Virus record (IMG/VR): IMGVR_UViG_3300012933_000171
Location: 1 to 64,000 of that record
DNA: 64,000 nucleotides
Reading direction: 5' to 3' (one strand)
Source of the DNA: a virus
Lineage: Duplodnaviria > Caudoviricetes
Of this stretch, positions 31,303 to 40,682 are shown one piece after another. The position numbers and the translations under genes were made by a program. The notes under the pieces were generated by a model. That model had not been told where the DNA came from. It saw only the letters and a list, made by a program, of their open reading frames with translations, and ran no database searches. Within the stretch, counting starts at the first letter, position 1. Each line of letters begins with the position of its first letter.

Positions 31303-32696
31303 TGGATTATAACACACACTTAACTAAAGTAAAACAAGAGCTAGATGAAGTAAGTCCTAGCTTCTGTGTTGCTAAATGGAAGCAAGTTACGATGCACTTG
31401 CAAAACGGACACACGCATTCATGTCATCATCCCACAACGCATTTTGTTTCTGTTGACGAGATTAAAAAGAATCCAACAGCATTACATAATAGTCAATTCA
31501 AAAAAGAACAACGTAAGTTAATGCTTGAGGGCGAACGTCCTAGCGAATGCGACTATTGCTGGCGTGTAGAAGACAATGCGAAAGACAGTTTCAGTGATAG
31601 AATTCACAAGTCAGCAGACGATTCGTGGGCACGTCCATATATCAATGATATATTAACTAAGCCTTGGGATGATAACACAGACCCATCGTATGTAGAAGTC
31701 TCATTCGGTAACGTGTGTAACTTCAAGTGTAGCTATTGCTCACCCCACATCTCAAGTCAATGGATGGAAGAAATTGAACGATTTGGTCCCTACCCTACAA
31801 AGCATAACTTCAACAACTTGACTTGGATCAAGCAACAGAATCAGATGCCTATTCCAAACAATCAGGACAATCCCTATGTTGATGCGTTCTGGGAATGGTT
31901 CCCTACTATGTACAAAGAATTAAAGTACTTTAGAATCACGGGCGGCGAACCATTATTGAATAAGAATACGTTCAAGGTCTTAGACTATATTATTGCTAAC
32001 CCTAACCCTAATTTAGAAGTGGCAATCAATACGAATATGAATCCACCTAAAGAACTATTTGACAAGTTCTTAGAGAAGGCTAAGATTATTATTGACGGTA
32101 AGTTACTAAAGAACTTTAAACTATTTACCTCAGCAGAGGCACATGGTAAACAGTCTGAGTATATTCGATTTGGTATGGATTATGACTTGTGGCTTGAGAA
32201 CATCCATAAGACTTATCAAACAATCCCTTCAATGCAGTTTACTATTATGAGCACCTACAACGTACTTAGTTCAACTACATATACACAATTCTTGCAGGAT
32301 GTTCTGGCAATCAAACAAAAGTACGGTACTCCAACGTATAACCCTATGCTATTAGATATTCCTTACTTGCGCTACCCTGAGCATCAGTCAGTCTTTATTA
32401 TGGATGAAGAGCAATTGAATATGCTAAAAGAGCAAGTAACATTCATGTACAAGAACTTAGAGAACAAAGACTGGCCTGATACAATTAATCGCGGGTTCTT
32501 TGTTAATGAAGCTGAGAAGCTAAAAAGAATTTATACAATGGTAGAGCATAGTATTAAAAACCCCACAGAATACACAGAGCAGAACCGTAAAGACTTTGCT
32601 ATCTTTGTGTTAGAACATGATAAACGTAGAGGAACTAACTTCGCTGAGACATTCCCTGAACTATCAGACTTTTTGAGAAAGTGTAAAGACTTATGA
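31302..32696 (+). CDS. Radical SAM protein with N-terminal twitch/SPASM-like region
   Basis: CNFKCSYC (CxxxCxxC), TGGEPLL, and extra Cys motifs (FCVAKW, SCHH, ECDYCW). Confidence 0.85.
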   Translation: MDYNTHLTKVKQELDEVSPSFCVAKWKQVTMHLQNGHTHSCHHPTTHFVSVDEIKKNPTALHNSQFKKEQRKLMLEGERPSECDYCWRVEDNAKDSFSDRIHKSADDSWARPYINDILTKPWDDNTDPSYVEVSFGNVCNFKCSYCSPHISSQWMEEIERFGPYPTKHNFNNLTWIKQQNQMPIPNNQDNPYVDAFWEWFPTMYKELKYFRITGGEPLLNKNTFKVLDYIIANPNPNLEVAINTNMNPPKELFDKFLEKAKIIIDGKLLKNFKLFTSAEAHGKQSEYIRFGMDYDLWLENIHKTYQTIPSMQFTIMSTYNVLSSTTYTQFLQDVLAIKQKYGTPTYNPMLLDIPYLRYPEHQSVFIMDEEQLNMLKEQVTFMYKNLENKDWPDTINRGFFVNEAEKLKRIYTMVEHSIKNPTEYTEQNRKDFAIFVLEHDKRRGTNFAETFPELSDFLRKCKDL

Positions 32697-34123
32697 AATA
32701 TAGAATTCCCTTCTTTTACGATTATGTATTCCCTAGTTTCGTGATGCCAAACGCATTGGTTACCGAAATGGGTTTAATTGATTTCCTCCACTCACTACAC
32801 TCTACGAAAATTGCAAAGAATACAAGTTTTTTTGACCAAACTGAGGGTTATAAAGACCAGACTCCGGTGGTAGCACTATTTGGTGATGCGTTTGGCTCTT
32901 GGCCTAACAGTCTTTCTAGTTCTAATTTATACAGCCCTTGTTATGAAAGGTATATGGATGCAGTACTTGACTCTGTTTATTTTGGTAAAAAGAAGTATGG
33001 TGAAGTTGAATTCAATCGATATGTCTATTTGATTAACGTTACTCCGCATTTAGATATGTTTACGGGGGTAGCTCCTATCGGCAGTAAGATGAACGGCGAG
33101 TACTTCTGGAAGCATATGTCAGCCGAAGCATTACATGATGCCCAACAGGGAACTGCTATTATCTTATTAGATTACGGGCAAGAAAACTTTGTCGAAAGAC
33201 AAACTTATGTTAACTTGCATAAAGGATTAGAAAATTCAGGAATCCATAAGTCTAATGTTATTTTAGCACTCAACAGTTTCAATGCAAAAGAAATATACGA
33301 GTCTTGGTTTACCCCTGAAGAACGATTGATTGAAGTGTTTAACTGGCCATTCGTTACTATGCATACAGTTGAGGAGTTTTGCAACAATCCCCATATTAGA
33401 GTTAGTCCCGAAGATTTTCAAGCGTCACGGAACACATTAAGAGACAACCATTATCTATTTAAAATTCGCAGAGCAAGAACACATCGTCAAGCATTGCTAT
33501 TTAAATTAGCTTCAGATGACTTATTACAATACGGAGATTGGTCATGTCTGTCACCAATCGAATTTGACCAACGTGAATATATAGGTCTAACTCAAAGATA
33601 TTATTTTGAATTCGATGATGACAAAGTTAAAAATTTAATATCCAATACCCCTAAAACACTAAAGCACGAGAGTAATCTAGATTATACTCAAATCAGTGCA
33701 TGGACTGATACTAACCCTGATGCTCATATTTCATCATATTTTTATATTTGCACAGAGACATTCACGCACGGTGAGCATAAGTCACTGACAGAGAAGGTTT
33801 TTAAGCCTATTGCTAACTTCCAACCATTCTTGTTCATGGCTTATCCGGGCGCACTAAAAATGCTACAATCCTTAGGGTTCAAAACGTTCAGCCCCTTTAT
33901 TGACGAATCATATGATGATGAACTTGATGAAGGGAAACGTTTGAATATGATATACCGAGAGATAGTTAGACTATCTAGTATGAGTAAAGAAGAAATTCAT
34001 GCATGGTATTGGTCTATGGAAGCTATTCTAATATACAATCAAAAGCACTTATTAAGTCTTAGAGATAATGAAGAATTAGCTAGTAGCTTGATAAAATATC
34101 TACATGCAAGGGTGACTCAATAA
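32693..34123 (+). CDS. Glycosyltransferase-like protein (GT-B-type C-terminus)
   Basis: ICTET...LTEKVFKPI.NFQPF...LGFKTFSPFIDESYD. Paralog of 35287-36675. Confidence 0.55.
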   Translation: MKYRIPFFYDYVFPSFVMPNALVTEMGLIDFLHSLHSTKIAKNTSFFDQTEGYKDQTPVVALFGDAFGSWPNSLSSSNLYSPCYERYMDAVLDSVYFGKKKYGEVEFNRYVYLINVTPHLDMFTGVAPIGSKMNGEYFWKHMSAEALHDAQQGTAIILLDYGQENFVERQTYVNLHKGLENSGIHKSNVILALNSFNAKEIYESWFTPEERLIEVFNWPFVTMHTVEEFCNNPHIRVSPEDFQASRNTLRDNHYLFKIRRARTHRQALLFKLASDDLLQYGDWSCLSPIEFDQREYIGLTQRYYFEFDDDKVKNLISNTPKTLKHESNLDYTQISAWTDTNPDAHISSYFYICTETFTHGEHKSLTEKVFKPIANFQPFLFMAYPGALKMLQSLGFKTFSPFIDESYDDELDEGKRLNMIYREIVRLSSMSKEEIHAWYWSMEAILIYNQKHLLSLRDNEELASSLIKYLHARVTQ

Positions 34124-34133
34124 ATATTCTGCT

Positions 34134-34679
34134 ATGAATTACAAAAATAACAGTTGGGATCATTTTGCTGTTTCATATTTGAACACATTTGGTACAGACG
34201 TTCCGGTATATTCCCCCTCAATATACCGTGAATATCGTGGGGAAATCTTTACAACATATCATACAGACAAACACCCAGTTTCACAGGTTATACCGTCAAG
34301 AGCCAATGTACACGGAAGGTTCTCGAAGTCGTATCAGAACGTCCTAAGGGGCTTACACTATGATACCAAGACTTGGAAACTAGTTCAAGCAGTAGTAGGG
34401 GACATTTACTTAGTTGTACTTGACGTTAGAGAAGATAGCAAAACGTTAGGTAAATGGGAATCATATATTATCACGGAAAAGACACGTGACCAAGTATTAA
34501 TTCCCCCGGGTTTTGCTAACGGGCACTATGCTCTTACTGACTGTATCTTCCACTATAACTTATTCTACGAGGGCGACTACGTAGACGAGAATCAGCAGGG
34601 CGTTATTAAGTATAATGACACACGATTCAACATCGAATGGCCTACAGATAAACCAACATTACAAAGACGAGACAGATGA
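34134..34679 (+). CDS. rmlC: dTDP-4-dehydrorhamnose 3,5-epimerase family (cupin)
   Basis: S..NVLRGLH...KLV..V.G.I..VVLD.R.DS.T.GKW...Q.LIPPGFANG...I.WP. Confidence 0.85.
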   Translation: MNYKNNSWDHFAVSYLNTFGTDVPVYSPSIYREYRGEIFTTYHTDKHPVSQVIPSRANVHGRFSKSYQNVLRGLHYDTKTWKLVQAVVGDIYLVVLDVREDSKTLGKWESYIITEKTRDQVLIPPGFANGHYALTDCIFHYNLFYEGDYVDENQQGVIKYNDTRFNIEWPTDKPTLQRRDR

Positions 34680-35302
34680 TTAACTTAGAACAATACCCTA
34701 TCGTGCGTGACGCACAATATACCAAAGACGACTTGATTAATTTTGAGAATTTAATCGTAAGTCACTGGGAAAATGCTAAAATTAGAGGCCCAGTGCATCT
34801 ATCTAGTAATAATGAAGAACAACTGATTGAGATATTCAAAAGAATTAAAACAACTGATTGGGTGTTTAGTAATTGGCGCAGTCATTACCATGCTTTATTA
34901 AAGGGAATGGATCCTAGCTATATTGAGAATGAGATTCTTAACGGTAAGTCTATCAGCGTTTGTAACATTGATGAAAAGTTCTATAGCTCTGCTATTGTCG
35001 GCGGTACTCTATCGATTGCTTTAGGAGTTGCTCAAGCTATTAAAAGTAACGGTCTGCCAGATAAAGTATGGTGCTTTGTGGGAGACATGAGTTTTGAGTC
35101 AGGAATCTTCTATGAAGTACACAAGTATGCACGTAACTTTGACTTACCGTTATACTTTATAGTCGAGGATAATGATGTTTCTACATACACACCCACTGTT
35201 GCAACATGGGAAAAGAAACGAGAAATCCCCTCAGACGTTATTCACTATTCTTACAAAAGTAAATATCCTCACTATGGTTCAGGAAAATGGATCGCATTTT
35301 AA
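34676..35302 (+). CDS. ThDP-dependent enzyme, E1-alpha-like diphosphate-binding subunit (minimal)
   Basis: GPVHLS..NEE, WRSHYHALLKG, SAIVGG and the GD-x(~26)-EDN ThDP motif. Confidence 0.8.
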   Translation: MINLEQYPIVRDAQYTKDDLINFENLIVSHWENAKIRGPVHLSSNNEEQLIEIFKRIKTTDWVFSNWRSHYHALLKGMDPSYIENEILNGKSISVCNIDEKFYSSAIVGGTLSIALGVAQAIKSNGLPDKVWCFVGDMSFESGIFYEVHKYARNFDLPLYFIVEDNDVSTYTPTVATWEKKREIPSDVIHYSYKSKYPHYGSGKWIAF

Positions 35303-36675
35303 AATTAGTATATGATAACTGGACTACTGATGGGTTCCCATTACCCAACGGTCGCCATCCACTCATTAACAAACTATTGCGTCAAGATATCAAAGAAAAT
35401 CACAGAGAGTCTTGGTCACATGCACAAAACTATCTTAGTGAAAAGATAGAAGGAAACGCTTTTCTTTATGACCACTCTAATTTCTGGAGTTACTTTAAAA
35501 GATTTAATAACAAAACAGAGATTGTAAGCCCTAATCAAGTCACTGATGACAATTCAGTGTATGTATGGCCTATCGAAGTTCGCACTGGTTTACATGATAC
35601 ACCAAAGAGTCACACTTTAGTTATTAATGGAAAAACAGATAGATATTCACTAAAGGATACTATTAGTCCTGAGTTACTAAAACTAATGAAGTTGGGTAAA
35701 GTTAAGATAGCAATCAACTATGCACACGACCCGGCTAACAACATGAGAGATATCAAGGAAATCGAAGACTATTTTTCTAATTTAGGTATCTTGGGATCCA
35801 ATATCTTTCTTATTCCTGGAAACGATTGTTCCCGTGAGTACAAGTTAGCAAACCCTAAGGCTAAACTACATATCACCGCAACTAAATTATTAATGTGCCA
35901 GCAGCTTGCAGCAGAAATACAGTCATTTCCGTGTGTGACCTCTTTGGGATATGTATCAGATATTGTACGAGAGAGTGACTTAGACCAATCAGTAATAAGA
36001 CCTAAACGATTTTTGTGTTTTAATAGAACCATGCGCCCACATCGTTACATATTGGGTTATATGGCATTAAAATTAAATCTGTTAGATAATAGTATCTTTA
36101 GCTTTTTGAATAAGTTTGATTATAATGTCGAGTCAGTTCTTAATGAACTTGAAACCTTTGAGTTCAGTGATAGTAATGACTTTTCTAAGGCTCTACATGA
36201 TTTGATTCCATACGAATTAGATACTCAGCATTTATCACAAAATGAACGTCAAGGATTTAACTCAGCTAACAGTAAACAATCTTGGTTCAAAGACACTTAT
36301 CTTCATATAACTAGTGAGACTAGGTTTATAGAAGGTGAGACACCGTTTGTATCAGAAAAGACTTGGAAACCAATTGCCAATCTTCAACCCTTTGTTATGG
36401 TTGGGAATCATCATACTCTTAGTTATTTAAAAGAGTTAGGGTTCAAAACATTCAGTCCGTTTATTGATGAATCATATGACGAAATCACGGACTATAAACT
36501 TCGCATGAAGCATATCTATAGTGAAATCGAACGATTAAACAATATGCCAATACAAGAGCTACATGATTGGTATTACTCTATTAAAGATGTTCTATTACAC
36601 AATCAACAATTATTAATGACTATGAGTTCATTGAACCCATACGAAGAAACATTCACATACTTAAAAGGAAATTAA
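35287..36675 (+). CDS. Glycosyltransferase-like protein
   Basis: FLCFNR..RPHR, ITSET, SEKTWKPI..LQPF, LGFKTFSPFIDESYD. Confidence 0.55.
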   Translation: MDRILKLVYDNWTTDGFPLPNGRHPLINKLLRQDIKENHRESWSHAQNYLSEKIEGNAFLYDHSNFWSYFKRFNNKTEIVSPNQVTDDNSVYVWPIEVRTGLHDTPKSHTLVINGKTDRYSLKDTISPELLKLMKLGKVKIAINYAHDPANNMRDIKEIEDYFSNLGILGSNIFLIPGNDCSREYKLANPKAKLHITATKLLMCQQLAAEIQSFPCVTSLGYVSDIVRESDLDQSVIRPKRFLCFNRTMRPHRYILGYMALKLNLLDNSIFSFLNKFDYNVESVLNELETFEFSDSNDFSKALHDLIPYELDTQHLSQNERQGFNSANSKQSWFKDTYLHITSETRFIEGETPFVSEKTWKPIANLQPFVMVGNHHTLSYLKELGFKTFSPFIDESYDEITDYKLRMKHIYSEIERLNNMPIQELHDWYYSIKDVLLHNQQLLMTMSSLNPYEETFTYLKGN

Positions 36676-37659
36676 ATGGAATTCAAAAACAAAACAGTAG
36701 TAATTACTGGCGCTAATGGTTTAGTGGGTCTACCTACTGTAAAGAAGTGTTTAGCTGAGGGTGCATCTAAAGTGTACGCAGTAGACATTAAGATTGGTAA
36801 TGAGTTACTAGCACTTCAGAATGATAATCCTAACTTGGTTATCGTTAATAAAGACTTAACTTACTTAACTAACTGCGAAGATTTGTTTGCAGGGGAGAAG
36901 ATTAACATTGTACTCCATATTGCGGGTATTAAGGGTTCCCCCGCACGTAGTTCTAAGCAACCGTGCGATTATCTATTCCCCATGCTTATGTTTAATACAA
37001 ACATGATTAAGGCAGCGTTTGATGCCAAAGTTGATTGGTTTGTATATCTATCTAGTGTTGGAGTATATCAGCCAGCAGAATTAATGCGTGAAGACGATGT
37101 ATGGGTCACAACTCCTAGTAAGAACGATTGGTATCCTGGCTGGACAAAACGTATGGGTGAAGCTACACTAGAATCATTGACTGTACAGTACGGTTGGGAT
37201 AACTGGACAGTAATTCGTCCTAGCAATATCTACGGTACAAACGATAACTTTGCAGAAGATGCAACCGTTATTAGTACGAATATCTGGAAACTATACAATG
37301 TGCCCGGAGATGATATTGTATGCTGGGGTAACGGTTCTGCACGTAGAGACTTTGTATTCGGTGATGACGTTGCCCAAGCTACTATTGACGTAGTTAAGAA
37401 AGAAGTCAAAGACATTATTAACTACGGATGTGGAGAAGCAGTATCTATTAAAGAAACAATTGAAACAATTGTGGAAACATTTAAAGAAATATCCGGAAAA
37501 CAGTTGACAATTGTATGGGATGAGAGTAAAATGAACGGAGATCCTGTTCGCTGTTTAGATGGAACTCGCCAAGCAAAGTATGGCATTGTCCCTCAAACTA
37601 CTCTTAAAGAGGGTATCAAGCGTTCAATGATTGCATACAAAGAAAGACTTGGCAAATGA
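36676..37659 (+). CDS. NAD-dependent epimerase/reductase (extended SDR, GDP-fucose-synthase-like)
   Basis: ITGANGLVG Rossmann motif, RPSNIYG, WGNGSARRDF. Confidence 0.85.
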   Translation: MEFKNKTVVITGANGLVGLPTVKKCLAEGASKVYAVDIKIGNELLALQNDNPNLVIVNKDLTYLTNCEDLFAGEKINIVLHIAGIKGSPARSSKQPCDYLFPMLMFNTNMIKAAFDAKVDWFVYLSSVGVYQPAELMREDDVWVTTPSKNDWYPGWTKRMGEATLESLTVQYGWDNWTVIRPSNIYGTNDNFAEDATVISTNIWKLYNVPGDDIVCWGNGSARRDFVFGDDVAQATIDVVKKEVKDIINYGCGEAVSIKETIETIVETFKEISGKQLTIVWDESKMNGDPVRCLDGTRQAKYGIVPQTTLKEGIKRSMIAYKERLGK

Positions 37660-38648
37660 AAAAGACAGACAGAATATTAGTAACAGGTGCAAGTGGATTT
37701 ATTGGATCCAACATATTGCGTGTGTTATATCAGCAAGGTTTTACGAACCTAGTAGCAAATTCAATGACTCGTGACTTGCGAAACGATTTTCCCGGTTGTG
37801 AAACTATTAAACTAGTTAAGGGTGATTTAAACAGTGAGGCATTTTGCAAGAGCCTCACTGAGGGCATCGATGTTGTAATTCATGGTGCAGCTAACACAAG
37901 CAATGCACTAGATACTAAGTTTAATCCATTACTACATGTCACTCCTAACGTGACAATGAACACTATTTTAATGGAACAATCTTGGATTAATAAAGTACGC
38001 AAGTTTATCTTTATTAGTACAGCTAACGTTAACGGAGACTTGGGTGAAGTTTATGCTGTAGAAGATCCAAACTTTATGAATATGCCCCTAGTTCCTGTAT
38101 ATAAAGCAGTTGGGGCTATGAAAAGATTTGGAGAAATGATGTGCGATTTCTTTAGTAATCAAATTCATGACCCAATGCAGTGTATTATTATTCGTCCTAG
38201 CAATGCGTTCGGACCTAATGACAAGTATGACTTTGAAAAATGTCACGTTACCCCTGCAAATATTCGCAAAGTGGCAGACGGATTAAACCCCATCCCAGTA
38301 TGGGGTGACGGTACTGAGATTCGTGACGTACTACATGCTGACGATATGGCTGGTGGCATTGTCTATGTTGCAGAACACGTTGACAAATACGATATCTATA
38401 ACGTTAGTTACGGAGAAGGTTTCAGTGTGAATCAATTGCTTGAGTGGATGAAAGAAGCAGATAATAACACTAACCCAATTGAATACGTGAATAACAGAGC
38501 GCCCATGATTCCTGTTCGATTAGTTTCTAATGAGAAATTAAAACAATTGGGCTGGAAGCCAAAGCGTGAGATTAAAGAAGCATTGAAAGATACTATTGAA
38601 TGGTATCGCTCACACAAAGACCAATTTGATCCTAATTCTAAGCCATGA
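37656..38648 (+). CDS. NAD-dependent epimerase/reductase (extended SDR)
   Basis: VTGASGFIG, RPSNAFGP.D, CHV.PA.IRK, WGDGTEIRD. Confidence 0.85.
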   Translation: MKKTDRILVTGASGFIGSNILRVLYQQGFTNLVANSMTRDLRNDFPGCETIKLVKGDLNSEAFCKSLTEGIDVVIHGAANTSNALDTKFNPLLHVTPNVTMNTILMEQSWINKVRKFIFISTANVNGDLGEVYAVEDPNFMNMPLVPVYKAVGAMKRFGEMMCDFFSNQIHDPMQCIIIRPSNAFGPNDKYDFEKCHVTPANIRKVADGLNPIPVWGDGTEIRDVLHADDMAGGIVYVAEHVDKYDIYNVSYGEGFSVNQLLEWMKEADNNTNPIEYVNNRAPMIPVRLVSNEKLKQLGWKPKREIKEALKDTIEWYRSHKDQFDPNSKP

Positions 38649-39583
38649 GTAAAGTTTTAATTACCGGGGGAGCAGGATATCTTGGCTCCACACTAGCAGA
38701 ATATCTATTAATTAATGGATACGAAGTCACAATATTAGACAATCTAATGTACAAGCAATTGTCAGTACTACACTTGTTCAAACGTGATAAGTTTAAGTTC
38801 ATTAAGGGTGACGTTAGAAACACTACAATGTTGCAGAAACTAGTAGAACAGCATGACGTTATTATCCCCTTAGCAGCTATTGTGGGTATGCCCGCGTGTA
38901 GAGATAACCCTCAACTAGCAATTGACGTTAACTATATTCACATTAAGAACATTGTAGACGTATTACGTGATGACCAGAAACTAATCATCCCTAATACTAA
39001 TAGTCAATATGGCTCTAGCCCGGATATCATCACAGAAGAATCACCATTTAAACCATTGAGTTTATATGCTGAAACCAAGTGCAACGCAGAAGCATGTGTG
39101 CTACAAAAGGGTAACGGCGTTGTATTACGTTTAGCTACTGTATTCGGAGTAAGCCCAAGAATGCGTCAAGACTTACTGGTAAACGACTTTACTTACAAAG
39201 CAGTGACAGATGGTTATCTAGTTTTATTTGAGGGTCACTTCAAGCGTAACTATATACATGTACAGGATATTGCTAGAACCTTTCAGTTCATCATTGAAAA
39301 CTATGAACAGTGTAGAGGTGAAGTATATAATGTGGGACTATCTAGTGCTAACTTGAGCAAACTTGAGTTAGCTCAGACGATTAAGAAGTATATTCCAAAA
39401 TTAGTTATTAAAGAGGATGAATTTAATAAAGACTTTGACCAGCGTAATTATATTGTCTCTAACGAGAAATTAGAGAGTTTGGGATGGAGTCCTAGATTTG
39501 ATATTGATTATGGGGTCAAGCAACTAATTGAAAGCTATCAGTTAATCACAACAGTAAACAACACAAATTTCACAAACCTATGA
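38645..39583 (+). CDS. NAD-dependent epimerase/dehydratase
   Basis: ITGGAGYLG, YAETK (YxxxK), RLATVFGVSPRMR.DLLVNDF. Confidence 0.88.
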   Translation: MSKVLITGGAGYLGSTLAEYLLINGYEVTILDNLMYKQLSVLHLFKRDKFKFIKGDVRNTTMLQKLVEQHDVIIPLAAIVGMPACRDNPQLAIDVNYIHIKNIVDVLRDDQKLIIPNTNSQYGSSPDIITEESPFKPLSLYAETKCNAEACVLQKGNGVVLRLATVFGVSPRMRQDLLVNDFTYKAVTDGYLVLFEGHFKRNYIHVQDIARTFQFIIENYEQCRGEVYNVGLSSANLSKLELAQTIKKYIPKLVIKEDEFNKDFDQRNYIVSNEKLESLGWSPRFDIDYGVKQLIESYQLITTVNNTNFTNL

Positions 39584-40041
39584 GCAAAAACAAACAACCA
39601 AAACAACGTAGATACATTCAGACATTGAGCGAATTGATTGACCGTCTTTCAATCGTTCAATTAAAAGAAGTGTTTATTTCAGAGCATAAAGAGATGTATG
39701 CACAGGAGATTAGCGATATCGTACATGATATTCAGATTATCCTAGACGAATCTGACGCAGTATTAGATGCTGAAACTATCCGTGCTATTATTGTATGCTC
39801 ACAGATGAACTTACATATCTGGCACAACGAGAGTAATTACCGTCGTGGTATCAAAGATGGAAACAACTTAGAACTAACACACGGATTGAACGGTATTCGT
39901 AATACTAGTAAGAACATTATCCAAGAAGTTATTGGTGGGCGTAAAGATTATAAAGTAGACTGCTTAGCCGCAGACTTTAAAGACTGGGAAATCAGTTGGA
40001 ATCGTGACGTATCTAAAGATAACAAGCCATCAACACCATGA
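39580..40041 (+). CDS. Helical hypothetical protein of glycan clusters (DUF4254-like)
   Basis: TLSELIDRLSIVQLKE...N..IW..E...R...N..R pattern. Confidence 0.5.
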   Translation: MSKNKQPKQRRYIQTLSELIDRLSIVQLKEVFISEHKEMYAQEISDIVHDIQIILDESDAVLDAETIRAIIVCSQMNLHIWHNESNYRRGIKDGNNLELTHGLNGIRNTSKNIIQEVIGGRKDYKVDCLAADFKDWEISWNRDVSKDNKPSTP

Positions 40042-40577
40042 CTAAACCACAAACTACCCTGTACAAGGACGAATTGACACGAGCAATGACGTTCTTGGGA
40101 CAACAAGATAACACAATCTTTATTGGACAACAGATTGTCTATGCAGGAAACCCTATGAGTACTACACTTACTGAGGTTTCTAAAGACAAGATGATTGAAT
40201 TACCCGTCATGGAAGAAACACAAATGGGTATGAGTCTGGGATTAGCAATGGTGGGTAAGACTGTTATTAGCTTTTACCCACGTTGGGACTTTATTATCTC
40301 AGCAACTAATCAAATGGTTAATCACTTAGACAAGTATGAATCAATGACTGGTAAACAAGCTAATGTCATTGTTCGTTTGGGTAAAGGTTCTGACACCCCG
40401 TTAGATCCGGGCGTACAACACAAGAATAGTTATTTGGATGAGTTTAAGTCTATGTGTAAGAACATTACATTCCATGACTTACAAACGTCCGAAAACATTT
40501 ACGAAACTTATATTAATGCGTATAATCAAGGTGGAGTTCACGTTATTGTAGAATATCCACAAAAGTATTTTGAATAA
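40038..40577 (+). CDS. ThDP-dependent enzyme, E1-beta-like pyrimidine-binding subunit (lacks C-terminal domain)
   Basis: IELPVMEETQMGMSLGLA, YPRWDF...A.NQ.VNHLDK, G.QH, V.IVEY. Confidence 0.8.
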   Translation: MTKPQTTLYKDELTRAMTFLGQQDNTIFIGQQIVYAGNPMSTTLTEVSKDKMIELPVMEETQMGMSLGLAMVGKTVISFYPRWDFIISATNQMVNHLDKYESMTGKQANVIVRLGKGSDTPLDPGVQHKNSYLDEFKSMCKNITFHDLQTSENIYETYINAYNQGGVHVIVEYPQKYFE

Positions 40578-40681
40578 TGTTTAAAAAACTATACGATTTA
40601 ACAATCGGGAAATTGATAAAAGAGTACCGATATCGTAAACGCTTGAAAGAGTTACGGGGACGAGATCCCTTTATCTATTAA
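40577..40681 (+). CDS. Small basic 34-aa protein ending DPFIY (not in ORF track)
   Basis: MFKKLYDLTIGKLIKEYRYRKRLKELRGRDPFIY*. TAATG overlap upstream, ends 1 nt before the carbamoyltransferase. Confidence 0.75.
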   Translation: MFKKLYDLTIGKLIKEYRYRKRLKELRGRDPFIY

Positions 40682-40682
40682 T

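Noticed and set aside
34676-35302. True pyruvate dehydrogenase auxiliary metabolic gene
   Set aside because: The subunits are truncated, separated, embedded among sugar-nucleotide genes, and lack E2/E3 partners in the window.
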